This document shows, one piece after another, positions 47,154-60,163 of a stretch of DNA of 64,000 nt. A program made the position numbers and the translations under genes. The notes under the pieces were generated by a model, which was not told the origin of the DNA, did not search any database, and saw nothing but the letters and a program-made list of their open reading frames with translations. Location: contig OX597828.1 in assembly GCA_951406725.2 (NCBI GenBank), positions 46,996,001 through 47,060,000 on the forward strand, given 5' to 3'. The stretch's first letter is position 1; each line of letters starts with the position of its first letter. Origin of the DNA: Octopus vulgaris. Taxonomy: Eukaryota.

Positions 47154-48847
47154 GGCGGCGGCGGCGGCGGCAGCGGCGGCAGCGGCGGCAGCGGCGGCAG
47201 CGGCGTCGGCGGCGGCACGGCAGCAGCGGCGGCAGCGGCGGTAGCGGCGGCAGCGGCTGCAGCGGCGGCAGCGGCGGCAGCGGCGGCAGCGGCGGCAGCG
47301 GCGGCAGTGGCGGCAGCGGCGGTAGCGGCGGGAGCGGCGTCAGCGGCGGTAGCGGCGGTAGCGGCGGTAGCGGCGGTAGCGGCGGTAGCGGCGGAAGCGG
47401 CGGCAGCGGCGTTAGAGGCGGCAGCGGCGGTAGCGGCGGCAGCGGCAGTAGTGGCGGCAGCGGTGGAAGCGGCTGGAGTGGCGGCAGCGGCGGCAGCGGC
47501 GGGCGGAGGCAGCGGCGGCAGCTGCGGAAGCGGCGACAGCGGCTGCAGCGGCGGAATCGGCGGAGGCGGCGGAGGCGGCGGCAGCGGCGGCAGCGGCGGT
47601 AGCGGCGGAAGCGGCGGAAGCGGCGGTAGCGTAAGCGGTGACAGCGCAACCCGCGGCAGCGGCGGCAGCGGCGGCAGCAGCAGCAGCAGCGGCGGCAGGG
47701 GCAGCGGCGGCGGGGGCGGCGGCAGCGGCGGCAGCGGCGGCAAGCGGCAGCGGCGTCGGCAGCGGCGGCAGCGGTAGCGCTGCGGCCGCAGCGGCGGCAG
47801 CGGCGGTAGCGGCGGCAGCGGCGGTACGCGGCGGCGGCAGCGGCGGCAGCGGCGGCAGCGGCGGCAGCGGCGGCAGCGGCGGCAGCGGCGGCAGCGGCGG
47901 CAGCGGCGGTAGCGGCGGCAGCGGCGGCAGCGGCGGCAGCGGCGGCAGCGGCGCAGCAGCGGAAGCGGCGGAAGCGCAGCAGCGGCAGCGGCGGTAGCGG
48001 CGGCAGCGGCGGCAGCGGCGGCAGCGGCGGTAGCGGCTGCAGCGGCGGCAGCGGCGGCGGCGGTAGCGGCGGTAGCGGCGGCAGCGGCGGCAGCGGCGGC
48101 AGCGGCGGCAGCGGCGGCAGCGACGGCAGCGGCGGCAGCGGCGGCACGGCGGGAGCGGCGACAGCGGCGACAGCGGCGGCAGCGTCGGCAGCGGCGGCAG
48201 TGGCGATAGCGGCGGCAGCGGCGGCAGCGGCGGTAGCGGCGTTAGCGGCGGCAGCGGCGGCAGCGGCGGCAGCGGCGGCTGCACCGGCAGGGGCGAAAGC
48301 GGCGGCAGCGGCGGCAGCGGCGGCAGCGGCGGCAGCGGCGGCGGCGGCGGCAGCGAAGCGGCGGCAGCGGCGGCAGCGGCGGTAGCGGCGGCAGCGGCGG
48401 CAGCGGAAGCGGCAGCAGCGGTGGCAGCGTAAGCGGCGGCAGCGCGTAGCGGCGGCAGCGTAAGCGGCGGCAGCGTAAGCGGCGGCAGCGTAAGCGGCGG
48501 CGGCGGCGGCGGCGGCGGCGTAGCGGCGGCAGCGTAAGCGGCGGCAGCGTAGCGGCGGTAGCGGCGGCAGCGAAAGGAGGTCAGCGGCGGCAGCGTAAGG
48601 CGCGGAAGCGGCGGCAGCGGCGGCAGCAGCGGAAGCGGCGGCAGAGGCGGCAGAAGCGTAAGCGGCGGCAGCGGCGGCAGCGGCGGCAGCGGCGGCATCG
48701 GCGGCAGCGGCTGCAGCGGCGACAGCGACGGCAGCGGCGGAAGCGGCGGCAGCGGCGGCAGCGGCGGAAGCGGCGGTAGCGGCGGTAGCGGCGGCAGGGC
48801 GGAGGCAGCAGCGGCAGCGGCGGAGGCGGCGGCAGCGGCGGCAGCGG

Positions 48848-48878
<31 letters not shown>

Positions 48879-49720
48879 AGCGGCGGAAGCGGCGGCAGAG
48901 GATACGGCGGCAGCGTCGGCAGCGAAAGCGGCAGCAGCGAAAGCGGCAGCAGCGAAAGCGGCAGCAGCGAAAGCGGCAGCAGCGAAGCGGCAGCAGCGAA
49001 AGCGGCAACGTAAGCGGCAGCGGCGGAGACGGCAGCGGCAGCGAAAGCGGCAGCGTAAGCGGTAGCGGCGGAGACGGCAGCGGCAACGGCAGCGGCAGAG
49101 ACGGCAGCGTAAGCGGCAGCGTAAGCGGCAGCGGGCAGCGGCAGCGAGCAGCGGCAGCTGGCAGCGGCAGCGGGCAGCGGTAGCGGGCAGCGGCAGCGGG
49201 CAGCGGCAGTGGGCAGCGGCAGCGGCAGCAGCAGCAGCGACGTCAGCAGTGGTAGCGGCGGCAGCGGTAGCGACGGCAGCGATAGCGGCGGCAGCGGCGG
49301 AGACGGCAGCGGCAGCGGCAGCGGCAGAGATGTCAGCGGCAGCGGCAGCGGCAGAGACGGCAGCGGCAGCGCGGCAGCAGCAGAGACGGCAGCGGCAGCG
49401 GTGGCAGCGGTAGCGGCGGAAGCGGCAGCAACAGCAGCGAATCCAGCAGTGACAGCGGCGGCAGCGGTGGTAGCGGCTGGAAAGCCAGGAGAGGGTGCAG
49501 GGGGCGACTGCAGCCGCGGCGGCACCAACGGCAGTGGTAGCAGCGAGCGGCAGCGGCAACAGCAGCAGCAGCGGCAACAGCAGTAGCGGTGGCAACAGCA
49601 GCAGCAGCAGCGGTAGCAGCAGTAGCGGTGGCAACAGCAGCGGCAACAGCAGCAGCAGCGGTGGCAGCAGCGGTGGCAGCAGCGGCGGCAACAGCAGCAG
49701 TGGCGGAAGCAGCGGTGGTA
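46806..49720. repeat. 2.9-kb GC-rich (GGC GGC AGC)n degenerate triplet expansion
   Basis: Direct reading; register shifts repeatedly through single-base indels. Confidence 0.95.
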
Positions 49721-50069
49721 TCGGGGTAAAGTAATACAAATACTTCTGTGAGAGAAATATGTTTTATATCGCATTGAATTAATCCATCCTTTTCGTGGCG
49801 TAAAAAGATATTCCACTGTTTGACCTAAAGTATAACAAATGTTGGTGGTCTTTTATTTGGTCCCGTAAAACTAAAAGATGTTATCAAAACAATAAGAATC
49901 ATTGAAAAGATCCCAGATGGGCGTTAACGGAGCCATGTTTGGCAAACACGATGAAAACGATATCTCGTGCTTCCCCCTCATTATAAAGTGCATAGACATG
50001 AGCCAATGAATGAGTTTCTTACATGGTCCCCCAATTTGTTATATATTTATATATATGTGTATATATATC

Positions 50070-50105
<36 letters not shown>

Positions 50106-50113
50106 CATACATG

Positions 50114-50161
<48 letters not shown>

Positions 50162-50173
50162 TTTATATATATA

Positions 50174-51740
50174 CTAGCAGTATCGCCCGGCGTTGCTCGG
50201 GTTTGTAAGGGAAATAACTATATAAGCATTTTTAGAGAGTTATAGCCAAAAAATAGCAAAAAAATGCATTAAAAATTGAAAAAAAATTAAGGTAAATTTT
50301 TTTTTAAATCGTTGACACATCGTAGATATTTTTAGAGAGTTACTTCCCTTATATAAAAGCGAAAAAAATGCATTAAAATGGAAAAATATGATGGTAAATT
50401 TTTTTTAAATCGTAGACTCATCGTAGACGCACGCTAATACCCAGAAGGGCTCGATATGAATCATGACTATAAGATACCCGCTTTTGGTTAAACTGCACCG
50501 CAAAATGTGGGAGTAGTTAGGAATCTAAATCGTAGGAGATAGACACACAACTTCACTCTTATATAAAGATGCTTTTTTTTTTCAGTCATAGTGTTAGATT
50601 TGTGAAGGTCTTCAGTAGAAAATCCTTCGAATTCTGACTCGCTGCTTGATATAATGAAATTCGTATCCATTTTTTGTCAGAATTACAAATTTTGAAAACA
50701 CAATAAGGAACAAATTTCGGAAAAAAATCTCCCATAATTCACGGAATTAAAATTACACTTCGATTTTTGTACAAAACTGTAGTTGAAGTGTTTACGAAGT
50801 ATAATACGTGTTTTCACGAATGTACTAAAGAGATTTGCTCTGATATTCTCATTTAAATATGAATAGGTAAATTCGGGCGGCTTGGTAACTATATATAAGT
50901 GTCGTCTGTTTATACATAAACACTGTTTCATACTGCAATTATATATACATATATCTATATATAATATTATATAATAAAATATATACAGAGTAAAATAAAA
51001 ACCAATTTACCTTTTCTGTCCGTCCGTGTGTCTTTGCAAATGTGTTGGAATGATAAGTGAGTTGAGTTTTGGCGCCTTTTTTACTAATAACAAACACACA
51101 CGTGTTTGTATGTAGTTGTATGTGTATGTAGTTGTATGTAGTTGTATATGTATGTGTATGCGTGTGTGTGAGGAATGACACACACACACTCACGCACGCA
51201 CACATGTACATCAATGCTTTGGGAGTGATATGTTAAAATATTGAGTTTTCTCGAATTTTGTCTTAATTGGTGGTAAAATTGAAAGAAATTTTTTATGGCA
51301 TCACCCACTGAAGTACTCTGAAAAATCTTAGGTAAATTCTAATTGAAGAAATTGTGTGAGGAGTAAATAGTTATGTATTTATTTGTTTCTGTTTGCTGTG
51401 TTTTTTTATTTTTTGAGTAGTGGTTTAAATACTTTCAGTTTAGTCTTCCTCAAATCACTCTGTCGCTATTTACTTTCATTTTATTCGTTGCACACTGTGT
51501 GTGTGCGTTTGCGTGTGGTGTAAACAAGACTAAGAAAAGCATTTGACACACACACCAGAATGTGAGTTTTCTGTAAATTTTGCTTAATTGGAGTTTAAAT
51601 TTTAAAAACTGGACCTGGCATGACGCGATGCATTGTACTCTTAAAAATGCTAGGTAAATTGTAATTGAAGAAATCCTATATTGTAGATTTGTATAACTCC
51701 CAAAGGGAGGCAGATAAAATCTGCCTTTTATAATAAGAGA
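50174..51740 (-). mobile_element. Compound non-autonomous Helitron-like element (two A|TC 5' ends at 50569 and 51740, one hairpin + CTAG|T 3' end)
   Basis: Minus strand ends CCCGAGCAACGCCGGGCGATACTGCTAG|T; starts TCTTTATATAAGAG and TCTCTTATTATAAAAG; internal duplication 51240-51352 vs 51563-51673. Confidence 0.65.
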
Positions 51741-51921
51741 TATATAACCTGCCTTCGTCTTTTGTTTATTTTCGTAAACTTTCCCGTTATATATATATAT
51801 ATATCGTTGCTATTAAGTTAAACTGCGTATGTCCAAATTTGGCCAAATACGTCTTTTTCAATATTTATTTTTGCTTGCAATAGCCGATTCTTTTAGTCAA
51901 ACTATCGTATTTCCAGCTTTG

Positions 51922-51953
<32 letters not shown>

Positions 51954-52149
51954 AGCTTCAGCTAAATCTCCGTTAGATTACACACTCTTAAAGAATGAAT
52001 AAATAAATGAAGCGAAATAAGAGATTGACTGATGTAATTTATGGTTGAGATACACTTGCTATGGTTAAGATATAGAAGCGATAGTCACGGTTGGAATAAC
52101 TTTGACGATAAGCGGGGAATTGGCTGTGTGGTAAGAAGTTTGCTTCCCT

Positions 52150-52757
52150 CAAAACTGTCCCCAGGAACAAAGTAAGGTCCTGGAGCAGTTGATTGAAACC
52201 TCTGTAGAAGAGGCAATGAAGGCGGCCGAGGAGGCGGAGGATTCATCAAAGAAGGGCCGCAAGAGGAAGAAGGTGAGCAACAATGGGTGCTCACCGAAGG
52301 ATCCTAGGAAGGAGGAAGGAGAGGCGAATCTCCCGGTCACGGAGGAGACGCACCCTCTCTCATTTGAAAAGAAAAAAGAGAAACGGCACATTGCCGGGTT
52401 GTGCCACCGGCAGGGGAAGAGACACCGTTGGCGGGAACTGTGCCGCCAACGGTAGAATTGGATATCCCGCCCCCGGAGGAAGACGAATTATTGGTCTTCT
52501 TCGATAGAGGCGGAGAGGTAGAAAAGGTGGTGGAAAAGCACCATAAGGGAGCACCTTTAGCTTGCACACAGGATCCCGAATGGTCTTTGCAGATAGCTGT
52601 GGAGGTCATAACGTTGCCCGTGAAGAATAGGCTGAGGGGACTCAATGGGGAATATCGCTTGTACCCAGGCGACGCCGATACGGCACCCGCTTTGATCTTG
52701 AATGAGGCGTGGGTGATAGCGGAGTATGCGGGCACAAGTGATGTTGAGGAGGAATAG
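52150..52757 (+). pseudogene. GC-rich frameshifted coding fragment (~200 aa), probably a retroelement ORF1 C-terminus
   Basis: QNCPQEQSKVLEQLIETSVEE...KKGRKRKK, frameshift in A-runs ~52366-52383, then PPPEEDELLVFFDRGG...DVEEE*; no splice context; identity inferred. Confidence 0.45.
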
Positions 52758-52951
52758 TGATAAGAGGTTGAAAAGCCTCAGTGTTATTGAAAGTTCCGAG
52801 TTTGGTAAGAGGCTTAGCACTTCATTTTGTTATTGAATATTGTGAACAGTGTAGAGGTTTGTTATTCTCGCTATCAGAAATGCAATAAACCAGCGATATT
52901 GCTTCTGTGGAAAACTACGACCAACGATGCTAAAGTCTTACTTTGTAAAAT

Positions 52952-53035
<84 letters not shown>

Positions 53036-53560
53036 GACTTGCATTGTTTGCAAGTCGTAGTTGCTATGAAATCCGCCTGGCATTTCTTAAGTGCTTTGCC
53101 CACCCCATGTCTCTCAGCTGGTCACTTAAATATTATATGTCATTGTTGAGGTCATCACTCTCAATGGAGAGATGTCACTATTACCCAGAAGCCTCCTTTC
53201 ATGAGTGTGGTCCCCAACTCCCCGATATGTGATCGTCTGCGAATGGCACATAACCTCTTAAAGACGTAATCTGCATTGTTTTCGGTGGATTTTTTTCTTT
53301 AACCAAAGTTCCTAAAAGAACTCAAGTTGTTATTGTTGATCTGTTTGAAGTTAATATAATTTTTGCATATACACACATATATGTATGCGTACGAATACGT
53401 GTGTATGTGTGCGCATATATATATATGTGTGTGTGTGTGTGTGCGTGTGTGTGTGTGTGTGTGTGTAAGTGTGTGTATATATATATGTATATATGTATGT
53501 GTGTATGTGTGTATGTGTGTATGTATACATACTTATGTGTGTGTGTGTGTGTATATATAT

Positions 53561-53613
<53 letters not shown>

Positions 53614-53617
53614 TATA

Positions 53618-54170
53618 GGCGCAGGCGTAACACTGTGGCAAGAAGATTGCTTTCCAGTCACATGGTTCCGGGTTCAGTCCCACTGCGTGGCATCTTGGGC
53701 AAGTGTCTTCTTCTATAGCCTCGGATCGACCAAAGCCTTGTGAGTGGATTTGGTAGACGGAAACTGAAAGTGAGAATTTACAAAAAAAGCAAAAGACGAA
53801 GATGGGTGCGTAAAGAATAAACAAATGTATTAGTTTAATGCTCAGCAAGTGAGAAAGTCTTTTATGTTTCGAGCCTAGGCTCTTCGACAGAAAGGCACAC
53901 AGAAATAAACAGGGCGAGAAAACAGAAAAAGGTTCAGTGGCTAGCGATCTATCATGGCAAATATACATATATGTTTGAAATGTCAGTGTTTATCCCTCCA
54001 CAATCGCTTGACAACCAATGTTGGTGTATTAACCTCCCCGTAACTTCGCGGTTCGGCAAAACAAACCTATAAAATAAGTATTAGGCTTACAAAGAATAAA
54101 TCCTGAAGTCGGTTCGTTCAACTAAAGCTTGGCCGCAGTCAGGTGACTGAAACTAGAGAATAAAAGAATA
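53618..54170 (+). mobile_element. SINE family A interrupted by a Penelope-type short repeat (53785-53960)
   Basis: Head and body to 53770; 3' half resumes at ~54000. Confidence 0.75.
53857..53896 (-). ncRNA. Second copy of the A6U hammerhead-like motif
   Basis: GCCUUU-CUGUCGA-A-GAGC-CUAG-GCUC-GAAA-CA-UA-AAAGAC. Confidence 0.5.
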
Positions 54171-54622
54171 TACATCAACACACAATAATATGTATGTATG
54201 TGTGTATGTATTATGTATGTATGTTTGTCAGTCATGAGCGACGTGGACAGCCTTCCTGATCTTCTTCGCGAAGCCCGGCCATGATTTATGCATGTGTGCA
54301 TCTATCTATCTATCTATATAGCTAGCTAGGCATACAGACAGACAGACAGATAAAAAGATATATATATATATATATACATATACACACATATGTGTGCATG
54401 CGTGTATTCATATATATATGTATGTATTTATTTATTTGCATTTATGTATTTATTTATTTGCATTTATGTATGATATATGTGGGTGGTTGGGTAGGTGTGC
54501 GTGTGTGATTGCATGTGTGTATGTGTGTGTGTGTATGTGTGTGTGCGTGAGTGTGTGTAAATACCACATGTAGCTGTCTTAAGTATTTCCAACGACTGAC
54601 TGAACGGAAGCAGTTGCAACCC

Positions 54623-54654
54623 TATATAAATATAAATATTCGAAAACCTCAGTC
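54623..54654 (+). promoter_or_regulatory. Candidate TATA + Inr core promoter with no identifiable gene
   Basis: TATATAAA at 54623 and TCAGTC with A at 54651 (28 nt spacing); CGGAAG at 54605 and 54798. Confidence 0.2.
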
Positions 54655-55229
54655 AAGATTTGATATATCGTCGAACAAGGAAAATGAGTAGTTCATTCAT
54701 TTACTTATCATTATGCGCAGAACACATCTGCACCCATGATAATAGACGTGAAATTACCATGTTTTCAGTACAGCGCGTAAAGCTCACACATATGAAACGG
54801 AAGTGGCTCTTGTTGGTGCTATAAAGTAAACAAATATGGTTTAAACACATGATAATGTTCCGGACTACGATAAATCTATTACAAAGGTGACTGAATAGGT
54901 TAGCCTTTTGATAGTTGAAAATTAATCCAATAAAAAGTCATGGATATATCTGCAAAATTACACTAATTTTGGTATTTTAGTTGAAACTGAAGAAAGTATC
55001 TGATTGAGTCTAATTCCCAAGAAACATAGATTACAACTTAAGGAACCATTAATGCACATTATAATGAGCGTTATAGAAACGCCCGAGTGATTATATGGTT
55101 GTGGATATTGTCGCACTTTAACTTCCAAATTTATTTCGACAGCGAAGTTGTAAGACTTCTTTCTGAATGTGTAGATGTAAATGTATGCCTGATATATCTT
55201 TTGTTTCACTTCTATCTGCAAGAAGGGCC

Positions 55230-56170
55230 TTAGCTATATAAACTAATATTTTAAGAAAGACAGATGTTAGGACGATAATAATTACAAAGAGAAGCGTTTT
55301 GTGTTTTCAAGGGGAACTATAGTTCAATGATTTTTACATTCTAAAGGGTGATATAAACAATTATAAGATTGATTTATTAATTTTGAAGAAGCATCACTGT
55401 CTATTTGTCGTTTTGCAAAGTGCTACCTCAGTCTCTGGCGAAATTGCAGCTTTTTTAACATTTTGGGTGAGTAAAAGAGTAAAAGAGTAGTTCTCTATTT
55501 GTGCTAAGCTTAACCGCTTTCTGAGCGGAGTATATATATTCAGTCTGCTTTATAGTAGTGACTTCGGTATGCTGTTAATAGTTTTTCTATGAAAGTTTCT
55601 TAATTCACCAACCTTCTAGTTTATTATGTTGAAGCTGTAATGTTTGGGTGGTATGGATAGCATGTTTATTCCTATTATCTTATTTTTAGCATTGAGTTAA
55701 GTGTTTAATATTAGTCTAACTCTTCTGTAATACTCTCCTCTAATTTTCTCTTTCATTTCCTAGATATTTATATGGACGATTGTTGTCTAATTCTCTGATT
55801 CTGTGTCTATGTCGAGTGCAGTGTTTTCGGTCCTGATTAATTTGCTTCTTTTCAATATCATTTTGGCACGTTTGTCCAGCCCCATGCACATTCTGATGTC
55901 CTTGCTGAAATTATGGACAACTTCCAGGTGTCTCTGTCCCCTGATATTTTTAGCGAAAAACTTTTAATCATTCGTGCATAGAAAACGATTTGTTGTTTGT
56001 GCATAACATCTATAACCTTTGGGGGTTTCATCTAACAAGTTTGTTAGTGGGGTTAGAACAAGGCAGAAAAGCAGGGGTGGCAGCAAGTCTCCTTCGAAAA
56101 TTCCTTTTCTTATGATAATAGGGCAGGTTTTAACGACTTGTGATACATTTTTCAGTGTTATTACAATTAG
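55230..56170 (-). mobile_element. R4/Dong-like reverse transcriptase fragment, decayed
   Basis: IRKGIFEGDLLPPLLFCLVLTPL (QGD motif) and degenerate YMDD (CTND); (TTA)n flank. Confidence 0.75.
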
Positions 56171-56237
<67 letters not shown>

Positions 56238-57049
56238 TCATATACGCACAACAGATTAGACCTGTTGGACAAAAAATCTTCCTAGCATCGAGTTACAAGA
56301 AGTAATCTTAGATAACAAGAACCTTCCAAAGTGCACTAGCTGTTCCTAATAATGCTGTTTTCTGGTGTTGCACCGAGATAGGTTTTATGCTTATTTCTTC
56401 TTCTATCTTTTCGAATATTTAAGGATAGTTCCTAAAATACCTATAACTACAGATTATTATTATTATTGTTGTTGTTGTTGTTGTTGTGTCATGGAACATC
56501 TATGAAACGAAACTAGAGGACAAATATTTGATCCATTTAATTAATCACCAGTTACAAAATCCTTACCCACACCACTCCTGCACTCACCTCAACTCTATTC
56601 CATTCCATAACACTCCACTCTACTTAATTTACTCTACTGCATACCACTCATATTCACTAACCACACCCTCTCCTTTCTTTCACTCCACTCCACTAACTCT
56701 ATTCTAATTTATTTAATTCATTGATTTCAATTTGCTATACTCGGCTCACGCTACACTTGTTTCTTTTGAGTCACCCCATTTCACACAATCAACTCAACTC
56801 TCTTCGCCACGTTGACTCTACTCCACACTCAACACTTCACACTCCACCCCCCCCCCACCCCCACCCCACACTCCATTCCATTCCACTCACTGCATGTTCG
56901 AATATGTTTGAAAATGAGACTGACGAAGAACGGCAATAGAAGCAAAGAGAGTAAAATGTGATACTTTTGTAAATAAAATGTGTCAGTTGTTATTTATGTT
57001 TGTTGCTTGATTTCGTTCGCTTTGCCTTAGATTTATTTTTGTAGAGGAT

Positions 57050-57990
57050 TGGGTATTCGTTTACGCATAATGTTCGGTCAAAAGTTATGCAATATTTTGT
57101 TCACTTATTTGTTTTATTCGTCAAATCGCGACAAAAGCTGCCTAGCAATCAGAGTAGGGGGTCATCGCATTGCACTGCCTCACGCCACCTTTCTGCCAGT
57201 TCCTTGATCCCACGCCGACACCAGTTCTTGTTCCACGAAGCGAAGCGAAGAACTCCTTCACTGAGGCTTCCACGTCCTCTAGGTTGATGAAGAATCGCGA
57301 GCGCAGGAAGGGAGACATGGATCGGAACAAGTAATAATCCGAGAGAGTTAGGTTCGGACTATATGCTGGGTGCAGCGTCAGTTTGATTCCGTCGAGTTCC
57401 TGGAATTTATTACTGGTCGCTCGAGGGGTATGAGGTCCTGTGTCCTTTTACTGGAGAAGAACTCGCTTTCTGTTAAACAATACCGAGTGCAACTGAAACC
57501 CGGGTGTTCTTTTGGCACAAACTTGGCAGACACGCGTCTCATACCTAAATCTTCAGGAATAACGAACTGAACTGAACTGTACTATAACTAATCTTCACAT
57601 CCTCTGATAACTCACGGGTGGTGATTCGACCATTTTCCCTCACAGCTGCGCGCACATCTGCGATGTTTTTGTCAGTTCTGCTGGTTGCAGATCTCCCAGA
57701 ACGTTCATCAATATAGACATTTTTCTGCCATCTTGGAAACGCTTGGACCACTCGTACACTGGTATGCGGCTCATACACTTTCTGCAACTTTGTATAGGCC
57801 TCTGAGCAGGTATCACCATAACACACACCTTCTTTCCAAGCACTGTTGTAAATAGCGAAAGTGGGCTAGGGCTTTAAAACGTGGTGCACATGCGCAACAG
57901 AGTTCAAGATCTGTGTCAAGCAGCTTTACTCTGCGTGCTTTAGCTTCGTTACTAGGTAACAGTCCGGATACTTATTGATCAAACCTCCTA
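57050..57990 (-). mobile_element. Decayed, internally deleted mariner transposon
   Basis: TIR-like TAGGAGGTTTGATCAATAAGTATCCGGACT at the right end; HTH motifs VYEWSKRFQDGR, ERSGR, RITTREL, SAKFVPK; C-terminal HPAYSPNLTLSDYYLFRSM. Confidence 0.85.
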
Positions 57991-58397
57991 TTTGTATCAT
58001 TCTACTCTCACTATGGGAGTGTATCTAATATTGGAGTGCATCTATTATGGGGTTATGTATTTACGTAGTAATGTATATATATATATATATATATATATTT
58101 TATCTTTTATCTTTTACTTGCTTCAGTCATCAGACTGCGGTCAAGCTGGGGCACCGCTTTGAATGTTTTGTCGAAAGAATTGACCCCAGTACGTATCTGT
58201 TAATCTATTTGTTTAGAGCCAGATATTTATTCTATCTGTCTATTTTTCCGTACCACTACATTACAGGTATGCAGCCACACCAATACGAGTTTTATTTTAT
58301 TGTTTGTATATATATTTTAAACACTCTCAAAATGCTTTTTTAATCTAATCTATTTTACTTCCTCTCCTGTCCTTTTCTTGTCTTTTGTTTATATTAA

Positions 58398-58605
58398 CCC
58401 TATTAATATTCAAACCGGCCATATCCAACCCAAATATCCTACCGGATTTGTGTTGAAACCAGCCAGATCAAGCCACTCACGCCTACCCTACAATGTCATT
58501 CTAATAGTAAGTTACCACACCATCGAAATCCCAAAGCTATGAGATAGTACACGATTGCTTCAAACCAATGTGAATGAATAACCATCACACTTGAATGCTA
58601 AAGGA
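58398..58605. mobile_element. piggyBac-type MITE with TTAA flanks
   Basis: TTAA|CCCTATTAATATTCAA ... TTGAATGCTAAAGGA|TTAA. Confidence 0.65.
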
Positions 58606-59194
58606 TTAAGGATGGTCGAGCCCCTAAACTTAGATCCAGCATCTTATTTGATAACATATAAATATATTTATTATTTACATTTATTCTTTATTGGCAATAC
58701 CAATCTAATTTTATCAATTATGGGTATTTCATGCATTTTATATGCAAAGAATGATTTTGTATGTATATGCAAAATTGAAACATTGGTGTAACCATGATGT
58801 TCTGTTGATCTGAAGAGTTGGCCTTCTATATCTGCATTGATCTGTGATTATACAACTCTACTGCGCAATGTGTTGCATGGATATTGGTACAGACATTTAA
58901 AATAATTAATTGTACGCAGAATTTATTACGTATATCAAGTGATTATATAGATATAGTCACCTCTCATGCCGCCCTACTTTTATTGTGTATACATTCCTCA
59001 TGAAAGATATATTAGACTGGTTTTCCTGCATTCTACATTATACTCCTCCGTATTGGATACCCATGTGATATGGTAGCCGGGTTCACTAGAGGAGCTTTCT
59101 GTGATAGCTACAAGATTCTATGGGTCCATAGTTTACACTACAAATTTATACGTATATATGTGTGAGTGTGTGTGTAAATATGTATGTACGTAGT

Positions 59195-59252
<58 letters not shown>

Positions 59253-59697
59253 TACATACATACATACATACATACATACATACATACATACATACATACA
59301 TACACAATATATATATATGCATATATATATATAGATACATACATACATATATACAGATACAGATATAGGTATAAGTATTTATATACATATATATGTGTGT
59401 GTGAGCGCGCGTGTGTGCGTGCACATATATATTTATCCATATATATTTATCCATATACCTATACCATATATATACATACATATATAAAGAGAACGTACAT
59501 GTGGCTGAGCGCTCCACAGACACGTTTACCCTTAACGTAGTTCTCAGGGAGATTCAGCGAGACACAGAGTGCCACAAGGCTGGCCCTTTGAAATACAGCT
59601 GCTACTCATTTTTGCCAGCTGAGTGGACTGGAATAACGTGAAATAAAAAGGCTTGCGATCGTGAGTCGAATACCCTAAGCACTAAGCTCCGCGCCTT

Positions 59698-59733
<36 letters not shown>

Positions 59734-59734
59734 A

Positions 59735-59816
59735 CACATAATTATAATTAGGGTTCAGCTAACTTGTTCACCACATGTGGTGAAGCGGTTAGCTGAACCC
59801 TAATTATAATTATGTG
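59735..59816. repeat. 82-bp near-perfect palindrome
   Basis: 29-bp perfect outer arms, 3x3 internal mismatch, 18-bp perfect core TTCACCACATGTGGTGAA. Confidence 0.95.
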
Positions 59817-59926
59817 GATAATTTTACCTATAAAGGTTATTTTAACGTACCGATCTACTTGGTAGAATTGTTAATTAATTAATTAATTAATTAATTTAAT
59901 TAATAAATTTTACCCTTCTATTATTA

Positions 59927-59972
<46 letters not shown>

Positions 59973-60065
59973 CGGGAAGGTTTACGAAAATAAACAAAAG
60001 ACGAAGGCAGGTGGAGTACAAACAAATAATGTATTAGTATGGCGCTCAGGAATAGAAATAAAGAA

Positions 60066-60104
60066 GTCTTTTACGTTTCGAGCCTACGCTCTTCGACAGA
60101 AAAA
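60066..60104 (-). ncRNA. Minimal hammerhead-like motif, A6U core variant, in a short TA-flanked repeat (59971-60168)
   Basis: UUUUU-CUGUCGA-A-GAGC-GUAG-GCUC-GAAA-CG-UA-AAAGAC. Confidence 0.55.
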
Positions 60105-60163
60105 TACACAGAAAAGAAACAAGGAGAGAAACAAGGAGAGAAAAAATTGCGGTAGGGACGATC

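Noticed and set aside
46675-49816. 803-, 775- and 411-aa ORFs as real proteins as translated
   Set aside because: They wander between Ala, Pro-Leu and Arg-Cys registers and are open only because the repeat lacks stop codons.
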